NCBI GenBank assembly: GCA_036172245.1
Contig: JAYWIR010000054.1
Coordinates: forward strand, 248,001-312,000
Source: Raillietiella orientalis
Taxonomy: Eukaryota
Reading direction: 5' to 3'
Length of the DNA stretch: 64,000 nt
Shown here: piece after piece, positions 36,901 to 48,900 of the stretch
How positions within the stretch are numbered: position 1 is the stretch's first letter
Layout of the letters: each line of letters begins with the position of its first letter
Position numbers and translations under genes: made by a program
Notes under the pieces: model-generated
Seen by the model: the letters and a program-made list of their open reading frames with translations, nothing else
Told to the model about the DNA's origin: nothing
Database searches by the model: none

Positions 36901-39900
36901 CTTCGCTACTCCCCCTGATACTGCTCCACCACCGCTGCGGCTACTAATGCCGGCGTGCATCGCCTTGACCAGCTCCCACCGTCGTCTCGCCGAATGCATG
37001 GCGACGCGAACTCATCTGGAAAAGGGGCACGCGACCTTTCCCGAGATGGGACAAAACGAGGCACTCGCCCGTGCCCCTCAGCCCTGCCGCCGCCATGCCG
37101 CACAAAAGTCTCTCCTGGACATCTTCTCGAGAGCCAGCGGAGAAAGCAAAAAAAGATGAGAGCAAAAAGAGGGAGGGAAAGGTGCTCCTTTGAAGTCCCC
37201 TTTTGGAGGCGGTTGCAATCTGTCTTTCCCCTCGGGGCAGCTCAGCCCTTCAGACCTTATGCCACCTTTTTCACTTCGGCAGAGCCGACTCCGAAGAAAC
37301 GGGTCTTCGCGCAGTTGTGCATACGCCCTCCTCCTCCCCTCTTTTCCCTTTTCACAGAGGCTTGGCTTGTGGCTCCGCGAAAAGCGCAGTACCGCAATCT
37401 GTTTCACTTCTCTCGAAGAGGAAAGGACGAGGCGGAGAGGAATGCATGGTGGCGGTGCCGGGATCTACAGCAATCCGCATCGAAGGTTCTCCAGCTCACA
37501 CGCGCACCCCGTCCGTGGCTGGACACGCCACTCCGGGCCAGCTCCACAGCTGCGTCTGGTGGCAAGGAGGCGACCGCTGAGCGCTCCCCTGACAGGGGGC
37601 GTCTGCTTCGCTCTGGCTCCAAGAAGCAGAGTCGGGCTTCGGAGCTCTGGGACTCCACCATCATCGCCACCCGGGTGTCCGAAGCGCCGCGCCACCAGAG
37701 GGCCTCGGAAAGGGTCGACAGCGACGGTCCTACATTTCTTTTTCCTTCACACCACCTCCGAGAAGGATTCGCGAAGCTGGAGGACATTTCGCACGCGCGA
37801 AGAGGGCGGCCGTGTCTGTCTCGTAAGGCGAACCGGAAGCCGGATGAGCTTAGGAGGGTCGCGGGACCACGGGACGCACGCACTTTGTTCATCCCCTCAT
37901 TCCTCGCAACATCGCAAGTTTTTCCGGAAAGATGGGAACGCAGGCAGAGAATCAACGGGTTGATACTGGGACCCATCCGTGTCCTCTCTCGGAGGCCACC
38001 TGAGGCCGAAAAACACGGAGGCTGAGGCGAGAACCTCCAGGAAGCGCGAACTGGCCTGACGAGGGGGGAAGGTAAAGAATGACGAATCTAGCGCTCTGGT
38101 CACCGCAGCTTCCCATTCCATCTTTCCATGGCTGGGAGGTCCGCGAGGCAACTTTGTGTGTCCCTAGAGTGCGAGTCCCGAGATCCTAGGGCACACGATA
38201 AACACCTAAACAACAGAACACGCGGCCACGCACACGAAAGCGAAATGCCGCGAGAAAAAACATACTCATACAAAAGTCACACGAGCCTGCAGCATCGGCA
38301 ACAGCCAACGCATGCGAGTAGCGGCGCATGGGAAGCACAGGGTGTACCAGTGCTGCACTCTAAAGTGCAGCGTACGAAAGTGTGGCACGCCGGACGGTGC
38401 GCGGGTGAAAGTCGCAGCACACGAAAGTTACAGAACGTGAAGATCCTGCACACAACGGTGCAACGTATGAAAGTGCAGCACAGGAAAGTTTGGCGCGTTG
38501 ACTCAGCGTGCGAAAGGTGAAGCGCGCAAGAGTATGGCGCGGGAAAACTGCAGCATGTAAAACTCCAGGTGGCTGCCCGTTAAGGCTGATGGCCGGTAAC
38601 CGGGAAGCGTAGGCGCGTGCGATGGAGCACGGAGGTGATCGAGTACGGCGGTAGATGGCGCGAGCAGGGGCTTCGCGACGCAGTGCGGCCTGCAGAGAGG
38701 CGGGCGAAAAGCGGGCTTTCTGTCTGCAGCAAAGGGGACAAGCGCCTGCAGGCGTGTGATTCCACACGCTGAGGTTTCCGGCACTTGGGTCCCGCGTTCT
38801 GGTAAGGGAGACACGAGCCTCTGGGAAAGCTGCTCCTGAGACCGGTCAACGTGCTCATGGGGCCCCAGGACGGCCGTAGTCCGTTTGAAAAGTCACCGAA
38901 GGAGTCTGCAAAGTGCTGTGAGAAGGGAGACGAGCTGCCGAGCGCTGTGGAACCCAAACTTGCGCGTCAGCGGAAGATGCGCCTGGGGGCTCCAGCGCAT
39001 GCTCAGGGCTGGAATCTCAGCTGCACACGAGAGAACGATCGCAAGGCGTTCCCCAGCACAGACTCACAGATTCTTGGCTAACCCGCGTGGATATGGGAAG
39101 GATACGCAGAGAAGGGCAGTCGATGCCCCCTTTCTCGAAGAGGCAAAGATGCAAAAAGATGAAAGAGAGGGAAAAGGATGCTAGGAAGCCCTAGAAAGGC
39201 AGAGATCCCTTCACCTCCCGCCTGAGAGGGTCCATGGAGCTCTTCTTGTCGCCCACCTTCTCCTTCCTGCCGCCACACCGGAAGAGCTGACGCCTGAGAT
39301 CTCACTTTGCAGCCTCCCTTTTGAACGCCGGAGGGGGAGGGGGCGATAAGAGCTGAAGGCTCCACAGGACTGGTTCCTCACTGCAGACTGAGCAGGGAGG
39401 ATGGACGCGTCTCCACTTCGAGGTAGACGCTCCTACGTGGGCGACACCCACGACTTGAATCTCCTGTGTGAAAACGGGGTAGGAGGAAGGCAAACGTAGG
39501 TACCCAGCAAGGCAAGGAGGTGGAAAAAAGGGACGGAAATGAGGTGAGTTCTGCCGCCTGCGGATGACGCTGGCATATCTCCTCTTCGTCAATACGATCA
39601 CAAGAAGGTTTGCTGTGTTTCTTGTCCAGGGCAAAAAGGAAAAGTTACGCGAGGCAGCAGTCCGAAGTGCGGACAGAACCCTGGAAGAATAAACTGATGT
39701 TCTGCTCCACGAATTCCGAGACATTGCGAGAAAGTGAGTAACCAGTATCCAGGAAAACAGCAAGCAGGCGTCTCGAAAGATATGATTTTCCATCCACGCA
39801 TCTTCTGTATATGTTCCCTCCAACTCAAGAAAATCGTTTCCATGGGGAAGAAGAAAAGGGCAGAATCTGCAGAGCACCATCCCATCCCTTCCAGGGTCCT

Positions 39901-42900
39901 TGGCAAACCAGGAATGAGAACAACGCTACCGAGGCACATTCTGAACCTCCCATTCTTGAAATGGCACGTTCTCTTCCCATCTTCCAGGAGGTGCCTCTTC
40001 GAGAGGGCACGTCGCATCTCCAGCACTGAAGGGAATGAAGGACATACGAACCACATACCCACGAAAGCGAACCGCTAGGAAGTCCGCTTGAGATGGAATA
40101 CGAAACGACTAGGCCCCACTCCAAAGACACAAAAGTTGGGAAGCATCTGTACGAAAGGCGCCTGTGTCCCTCTGCTGCTTTATAAGGATCTTGCGCCATC
40201 TTGCCGCGCGACCATGTGCTTCAAGAGCGCCGAACGCAAGCGTCGGAGACGAGAGAAAGCTCCCAACATCGCCTTTCTTGAGGTGCACATCCACCGTTCG
40301 TGAGTTCTTTTTCCCCCTTGATGCTGCTGCTTTCTCTTTTCTAGTTCCAGAGATCTTTCCTCTTGCTCCCTGGAAAGCTTCCACTTAGAGTTGTTGAGGC
40401 TTTCTAGCGTTTTCCACGGAAGGAACTCTCTTTAATCATTGAAAGATGTTCTCCATAACAGGTCAGCACGAATGGGCAACGAAACACTATTGTGACTAAG
40501 ATAGTGGCTGTACACTTCGAGGGTGTGACTGACTGATGGGGATGCAGCACCTGGCACCACTGTAGCGTGTTTCAAGGGATCAAGAACTGATCCTCGGGTT
40601 TGGCACATCATCCAATAATCAAAGTCTCCTATTGTCCTCGCCTCCCGAGACTATCGCGCGACTCTCCAGCATTCCCTAATCCATTGTTTCACGGTCTCTC
40701 ATTGTTGCTTGGTCAGCCAACATTTCCCAATGCATTGTTTCACCCTCTCTCATTGTTGCATGACACGCCAGCAGTCTACCAATCCATTGTTTAGAAGCCT
40801 CATGTTGTCCTGGGACTCGTCAGCATTTTTCACCGTTTCTTATTACGCTGCTAATTCTGATTAAAGTTGTTCCAAAGGTCAAGCGCGCGACTTGTATGTT
40901 TAAGGTTTGAGGACCAATGGCTTCAAAAAATGGACCCTGAAAAATGAGAAGTGGGGAGCTCTTTTCTTTTTACGGCTTTGCAGCCGTGTGCCCGCGAGAC
41001 GGTACACTTTGCAAATCCGAAGATTTTTCGAACTGGACCCGGCGAAGTCGCGCTTCTTCCAGTAGGAACGCGTTATCAGTAGGGGCTCCTCACACGTTTA
41101 AGGTAGCTGCGATTTGGAAAGGGATACAGCTCCACGCCTGCTGCATGTTGGGAAATGATCAGAACAGCCCAATCGTGAGAAAGCTCCGAGAACCTCTTCC
41201 CGGAGATTTTTTCCTGTTGTATTAGCTTCCAATGGAACAATGTCCTCAGCTCACCGCAGGTTAGCAGCCATTAAGCGACGCCTTTATGCAGCTGTAAGCC
41301 AGCGACGATATGGAGAAAAAAATGAGCATGAAGCTAAGGATGGAAAAATCTTCCGAGGCGAGTTTCTCCCGATTCTGATCTCCGTACCAGGAAGGAAGAT
41401 CACCTTCAGATTTTGCATTTTTCGTTTCATATTGTACTTTGCTGGTATCTTTACTAGCAAGCTAGGGAGTCAGCTTATTTTCCAATGGCGTAAAAGGGAT
41501 CCATCGTATCGAGCTTGTCTGTACCGGAATCCCATGTCTCCAGTTCAGCTACTCCACACGTCCTAGCTCCCTGATCCTTGGAAGATCGAAACATTTTACC
41601 TAATCGTCTGCCGCATTGATGCTTCTCGAAATAGGTGAATCGAACGAACCACAATGGTAGGCAACAGGAAGCGCATGCGCGATGCAGGAGCTTAGCTGAG
41701 GCGTTTCGGCGGAATCCTTGAGCTCAGTCGATGAGAAGCAGCCGAGTAGGTCGTGCGTTTTCGATGACCGCAAGTGGATTAGAGACATCGGCGAGCACCT
41801 CTCCGGCACTTCGACCGGACTTCGCATTTCATTACTGAGCGTTTCCTTTTCTTCTGATTGCGGAGACAGCTGGAGCAACATCTGCACCCAGGTCGAAGTT
41901 TCATAGTTTGAAGTCCGACCGGAAATCCCTTCCTTGGAATCTGGACGCCGCATCGGCCAGAAAACGTCATACCTCCGCCTTCGCGATTTCCTTCGCGGTG
42001 AAAAAGGTAGCCAAAAATCATCCTGAAGACATGCAAAGAAGGGAGCCTTCCTTCTCCGGTGATAAAAGGAAAGGAATGAGGCGGAAAAGCGCTTGGTGTG
42101 AATCTTCCTCGGACGTGCCGGTGACCCTTTCTGGCTAGACAGGACCATCGGCGGAGCTGAAGACGTGGCGCACGATCGTGGCAGTTCCTCTCTCCCCCTT
42201 GCTCGCCTCCCACCTCACAGCACCTCAGCGCGACTCAGAGATTCCTTCTGTGTCTTTCCGGCCAGCCAATGGCCCACCTGTAGTCCCATCGAGATGTCGG
42301 CCGGTCTCGGCGTAGCTTTCCCAGAGGCGCGCGTCCTTACCAGAACGCGTGAGCAACCAGCTCGGAGGTCACGTGAACGTCGCCTCCGGTGTGTGAGACG
42401 CCATCCTTTCCTCGCGCCCGCGCTCTTCCGCTCTGCTCTTGCAGTCCCGGACACGTGGCAGATGCAGCTTTGTTTTCGGACCTGCGAGTAGGGGACAAGT
42501 GGGTCCAGGGTGCGTCGCCACAGCAACGGGCACGACATGCGAGGAGGAGGGGCCAATGAGGGGCTCGTGTCAGTCGTCATCGTCATCCGTTCTAATGGCT
42601 GTCTCAGCTTCTTCCTTCTTCGCCCCCTCTTACGCTTGCTCTTCCACCAACGGTGCGGTGTCTTGGGCGTTACCCTCCTTGCATTCTTCCGAGTTTCCGT
42701 TCCCGCTGTCCCGCTGTCGAAAAATGGCGAAAAAGGGGAGGACACGCTCCTGCACCCCTCCTCCGCTGGGACCAATCCGGAAAGGGTGGTTCTCCTCCTC
42801 TGCCACCGACCTGCTTCCCTCCCCTCATATTTCCCTTACACACCCTCCCCTATCCTTCTTTCCGGACGATGCCTCCAACCGCCGTCCTGCCTTCCATCAG

Positions 42901-45900
42901 GTTCGAAAGAGCGGTCGGTGCGCCCACGAAGGGTAACTTCCAGGCCGCCGCTCCCACCGCACTCCCGCGCCTCTGGACCACGAGGCTAAAGCGAGGGCCG
43001 TTCCAGACTCGAGCGGCAGGAGAAGAGGGAGGGGTCAGGGGTTGAGCGGATGGACGAGTGGACGAACGAACGAACGAGTGACGAGGGAGTGGATTCGCCG
43101 GCAGCGCCTTTTCGACCTCACCCCGCGCGGAGGAGGGTGGAAGGTCGGTCAGCTGGCAACGACAAGCCGCCTGCGGCGCGATGCGTCTCTTCTGGGGCTT
43201 CAGAGACTCCGGAAGCCTCCAAGCACACGTCTGCGCCGCTCAGGAAGGGCGAGCGAGGGACGAACAAGCCCCCTCCGCGGGGGAAACGCAGCATACTGCT
43301 CGCTCCCTCTACCGGTGCAGCCATGTCCTCCCGTGGTAAAGGAGAAGCCAGAAAGCAGCCTCGAGGAAGAAGAGTCGGCTTTCGGTTTCAAGGATGGTCT
43401 CTGGCGCTACGCTCTTCCGCTCAGCCTCCCCTCTCCGGAGGAAGAACGGGAGGCGAAGTGATCACGAAGAAAAAGACGGGGGGGGGGGGAGGCCAATGCA
43501 CATTCGAGATCCTCCAGGGCGTTTTACTCGTCCAAAAGAGGCGGCAGAGGGTAGTGTAATCTGGGAAGAATCCGAGAAAATGGGGGAAAGAAGGAAAGGA
43601 GGAGGAGAAAGAGGAAAGGAGGGAAACCCTACCCATGAAACAACGAGTGGGGTTATTCCCTTGTTCCTAAAGGGATCTCTGGAAGACCTGCGTCCTTTAC
43701 GTGCTCGAGGAGATGAATCCTATGAATCCCTAGGGACAGGAGCTTTCCTGTTCCCTTTACTTCCCATCGAGGAGCGCGACCCGTCCTGCAGCCCCCGCTG
43801 GGGTCAGCAGAAGGCCTGCTGATAGAACGAATCAAAGACCGATGGAGCACCGCAGCTTCTGATCCGTCAGGAAGGGAGCGGACCGGACGACATGGGCGAA
43901 GAGACGGCTCTCCCTTGAGAGCGGTGGCTGTTCGGTGCCAACTCCGGAAAGGGAAGAGGGGCAGTTGGAGTCTCTCAAGGGGCCGCAATGACCATCTCAG
44001 GCTGGGGGATGCCGCTCCGCAGATTGGAAGCTGCTCTCTCCAGCTCCCCCTTAGGGACAGTCCTGAGATGGACATGAGCCGCGAGCAGCGCCCACTTCTT
44101 CGCCAGGGGACCGTTTTTTTTTGAAGTGGACAGGAAGCTCCACCGGGGACGTCTCCCGCTCTGCTTTCTCGAAAAACTTCCGCCGACGCTCTTTCTTCGA
44201 ACCACTCCCCGTTGCCTTGGCTACCCACGCTGCTCGTCCGAGCGCGCGCAGAGCCCAGATCATGGGTCTGATCGTCTGGGTTCGCACATCCGGATGCAAC
44301 GCTTCCCGCGAAATCCCCTTAGGGTCGGCGCTTGGGAAGACTCGCCAGCGAAGACCAATCTTGAACGTTCCGGAAAACCCTTTCGAAGGGATCTGAAGTC
44401 GCTCACCCATGCCTACGCTGATTCCTCACTACGCGGCGGATGGTGTAGTACCCATAGTGACCTACGGCCGTCATCAGCGTCATACCAGGAATGCCTAGGT
44501 CTTGCGGTTCACTCTTTTGCATTTCTTCCACACCGAACCCGAAGTTAGACGCCAGCGTTACCGTCCGGAGGAGCATTGATGCAGGGTCAGACGGCCCTCC
44601 CGAAAAGTCACCTCCCAAGGAGCCGCTGGAGGTTCGGAACGTGGGCGGCACTTGGTTCCCACCTCACCCGGAGTCAGCTCTGGCGGCCGATCTGGTCCGC
44701 TCGTCCAGCTTACAGCCGCCGCTTCAGCCCAGTAGGGAGGAACTTGAACATCGTTAGTGCACCCCGGAAGTCGTCGGAGAGAGCGCCTGGGTCAGATCTA
44801 TGGCAAACGCTCCGAGTCCGCGACCCGGGGTGCTTCTGCTGCTGCTACTGCTGCACTAGGTGCAGTCCTCCTCTCCCTCCCTTCTTTCTCCTCTTCCTCC
44901 TCCCTTCCTCCTCCGGCGGACCAGACGAGCCCTGCAGCCTCTCGAAGCGCCGACGGCGCTGCTCGGGGCATTCTTAAACGTCCGCACCTTCAATGCACGC
45001 GCCTTTCTTCGGGGCAGCGAAACTTCTTTCCGACCTGCCTTCCTCCTGCTTGTCGGCTCCCACGTCGCTGCTTTCGCTGCGGGCTGAGTCTATGCCGCAG
45101 CGTCCTTCACGCGGAGGACGCGCCCCGGATACCAGAACGAAAGAGTTCTTCGAAGGGAGTGCCGATTCCCGCCGGGAGCGAGGCTGCCATTCCTCCGGGA
45201 TGGAGACATGGGACTCGTGCGCAATTATTCTCGGCATCATCGTGGTGGGACGAAGAAGCTCTCGATTCGGAAATGCATTTCTTTTTTCCCCTTCTTTCTC
45301 TTTCCTTCTTTCTTTCTTTCTTTCTTTTTTTTTTTTGTTCCGCGCGCGCGCGCTTGGTCCACGTCTGAATTCCACGCGTGACTCCTCGTTCCGTCGGGCC
45401 CGGCGAAGCTGCAGATAAAATCGGATTTTCTTTTCTTTCTTTCTTTTTTTTTTTCTTTTTTTTTTTAAAAAAGGAGGCTCCGGAAATAAATTATCTTCTT
45501 GTTTATTCATCATTTTGTTCCTGATCGCGCTGGTGTATATTTCGGCTCCTTTGCAACCACCTGTGTCCTCCACGACTTCATATGCTATTGGAAATCAACA
45601 AACGGCGGAGCCACCGACGCCACAGCGCGTTCAAAGGATCCGAGTGCTCGCAATGAAATATTAAGCTCTTTAATGTTGTCTCATTGTTTTTTTCTTTTTT
45701 TTTTGTGGCTGTCGCCATTTCGGTTTGTGTGTGTCTGCAGCGGGCGTTCAACAAGAAGGCAAAGGCAAAGTCGGAGCAGGGAGAGGATCGAAATGCGGCT
45801 GCGCACCTCGACGTTCCCCTCATTCCTTCCAAACGTCCCCATCCCGGCCTCCACAACTTCTTCCGGAGAGAAAGATCCCCCGCGACGCTCCAAGCTCCGC

Positions 45901-48900
45901 GGAGCAGGTCAACTTCGGGAAGGTCGAGCGGGCGGAAGCCAAGAGACTCGCGTTCCTCCACCTCTTGCTCCCTCGATCCTCCTGGAAGAACGGGTCGCGC
46001 TGGGAAGTGCCGCGCCCGGGAACGGTCGTCACCCCCTTCCTTCCCTGAAATTCGCGCCGCTCGACTCGACGAGGACTCCAGCCTCCGGGCGGGACTCTCT
46101 CCGGAAGGATGCCTCGAGTTCGCGCCGGCTCTGCTCTTCGCCCTTCCGAGGCCGAAGAAAGGCGCGGTGTGTTCCTTTCCTTGCGGGCGCTGCCAGCTGG
46201 GAGTCGCTCCCATCACGTGGAAAGCAGGGCGTAATCGGACCAGAGATGGAACAGACAAAACGGGCACTTTGGGAACAACTACGAGAGTAATAGTGCGCGG
46301 TCAATTATGGCGGTCACTTCCAGGAAGGTGACGCCGGAAAAGCTGGTGAAGACACCGGAATGGGGGACCCCAGCTGCGAGGGTGGGGTCTGTTCCCGTCC
46401 ATCCTGGTGTGTCGCTTCTGCGCGTGTGGGCGTGGTTGGAAGGATGAGGATGTCTTCCGGAGGTTCTTTTGCGCCCACGGAGGAAGGCCCGCTAACGCCC
46501 TCGTCCGGACCCTTGGACCCTACGCCCGGACGCGAGGAGGAAAGGTGCTCGCGCTCGGGGGCGAACGCGAACGTTTCCGCCTGCGAACCTCTGGGATTCC
46601 GTAGAGGGCGCGTTCCTGAGCGCCGGGTCATTACGGGCCATTAAAACGCAAGGCGTGTTCATTCAATTTTCCAGATGGGAACGGCCGGTCGATCCCGTAC
46701 GTGTGTGCGCAGACCTCCTCGCTCGGGGAGGAACGCTCTCGTGATTTGCGACGCTCTCCCGTCAGAAGGCGACGACTTTAATGCCTTCCACCTTTGCTAG
46801 GGCTCCGGAGACTGGCAATGAAAAGAGCCCAACTCGGCGACGGCGGCCGGGTGCCATTAGAGTGTGGGTTACGCCGCGGTGAGGCCTGGCGGACGGAAGA
46901 CCTGCGCATCGCGGCCAACACGTCACGGTCCGCCTGGCCCGGAAACGGCGCGCGCGCACCCGAGGAGGAGACGTGGGTGCGTTCCACCCGCTCCGCAGTG
47001 AAAAGGACCTCCATCAAAACGCATCCTCCTCCTCTTCTCCTTTAGAGGAAACGCGGCAGCGAAAAGGAGAGGCACAGGGGGAGAGAGGGAAGCGGCAGGG
47101 AAGCGTTCCAGTGGAGGGAGGGGAATCTCTGCGGCGCAGGAAACACTTGTCACGTGTTTGGCGATGCTCTCTCTCTCTCTCTCCCTCGAAGAGCCTTTTT
47201 GCGGCACCGCGGAGCCGTTGTCTTCCCGTCTGCGAGGATGCAGGGATTCCTGGAAGGGGGCGTGCGCTCGCGCCTGGCTGGGGCGAACGAGCGCAGCATC
47301 CTGAAGCTGAAGTCCGGGTTTGAGCGGCCGTCAAGCCGACGCGGAAGTGACGGTGCCTGCGCAAAGAGGTCGGCTCCGTCTTCCGCGGCGACCTGTGCCC
47401 CCTGCCGATCGGGTTCTACAGGCTGCAGACGGCCGGAGAACGAAGAACAGGGAGGCGCCGGGACGCCTTCCGATCGCGGTCCCAGATTCCCCCGGGAAGC
47501 CACTGGCGAACGGGCGGTTCATCGGCGTCTGGGAAGCGACTTTTACACAAGAGGGCGGTGCTGCCACACTTTCGAGCGGAACTCGCTTTCCCGGATTCCA
47601 TTTCGGCGGGGTGATCCACGAGGGGTAGGCTCCTCCCCTTTCCGATTGGGATTCCGCAAAGGCCTCTTCTTCGCGTGTGGAGGCAGCTCAACACGGGGGG
47701 GGGAGGGCGGATCAGCTGTTACCGTTCTTTGGTATGGAGCCACGCTATCGCACGTACCTTTAAGTTATGACATGCCACTTTTAGAAGCGCCCTCTCCCCG
47801 TCTCCTCCGCAGTCTGAGGGAAAGGTTTTATTTTCATTCCCCCTGGAGGATTTATTGCGATGTGTATGCACATCCATCTGTCCATCCACATCCATATCTA
47901 CCCATCTATACGCGTCCCTATTCGGCGACCTACAACGCGGAGCAGAGGCGAAGTAACTCTTTCGTCTCTGAAGAAAACATTTCCTTCACAGGGACGCCCG
48001 AATCTCCGGCAGCAGCTCTGGAACGTTCGGTCGGGTCCACGGCAACCGTCGCAACCGCCCCGAGCGGAAGTGGCAAACCTGGCCACTGATGCCTGCCAAG
48101 GCTCGGGAGGGAATTGGGGGACAGAAAAACGAACGCCCTCCGCAAGATGGAGCAGCACGGGCAAGAAAAGCCCATGAGCGTCCCCGGGAATAAGCGGAAG
48201 TGAGGGAAACGGAGATCCCGGTTTCGAGCGGGGATGAAGCTAGGCGGACGAGTGAGGGAAAGTCGTGCACGCTCTGGACGCTTCTTCTCTCCCCCCCCCC
48301 TTCTTCCTCTTGGCTTAACCTCTCGTTCCCCGTGGACACGAGGGGTAAGGTCGGGGAAGAGAGACGTTGCGCCGGAAGCTGCGGTAGGACGAAGACGGGA
48401 AGGAAGGACCAAACGAAGCTGCAAGCGCCAGAGGCCTTCCGCGAGCGATCACTGACTCTGCCAGCTGCTACCGCCTTTCCTTCTTCCTTCCGTTCCGGCC
48501 GTGTCTCTCCCGAGATGGTTTGGTGCTCGGGTCGGAGCCAGGGACCAAAAGGAAGAGGAAGAGGTGGAGAGGTGAGGCGGGGGACTCTTTGTCTTCATCT
48601 CCTTCTGTCCTCGGTGATCCTCCTTCGAGGGCGGAAGGGGATGAGGATGGAGAAGACGGCAAGGAAGGCCAGGAGCAAGAGAAAGAAGAGGACAGGGCGT
48701 AGAGCAGGAGGGATTTTTCCAGAAGGAAGGACAGGGAGAGGAAGAAAAAGAAATGGAGACGGAAAAGACGGTGAGGAGGCAAACGGAGAGCAGCGAGCGA
48801 TCACTCTGAAACAGATCGGCGCAGAAGGGATGCTGAAAAGGAAGCGGCATACCTAATGCACCCTCTACGACCGGCACAGGGGCCGACCCTATCATCCCTC

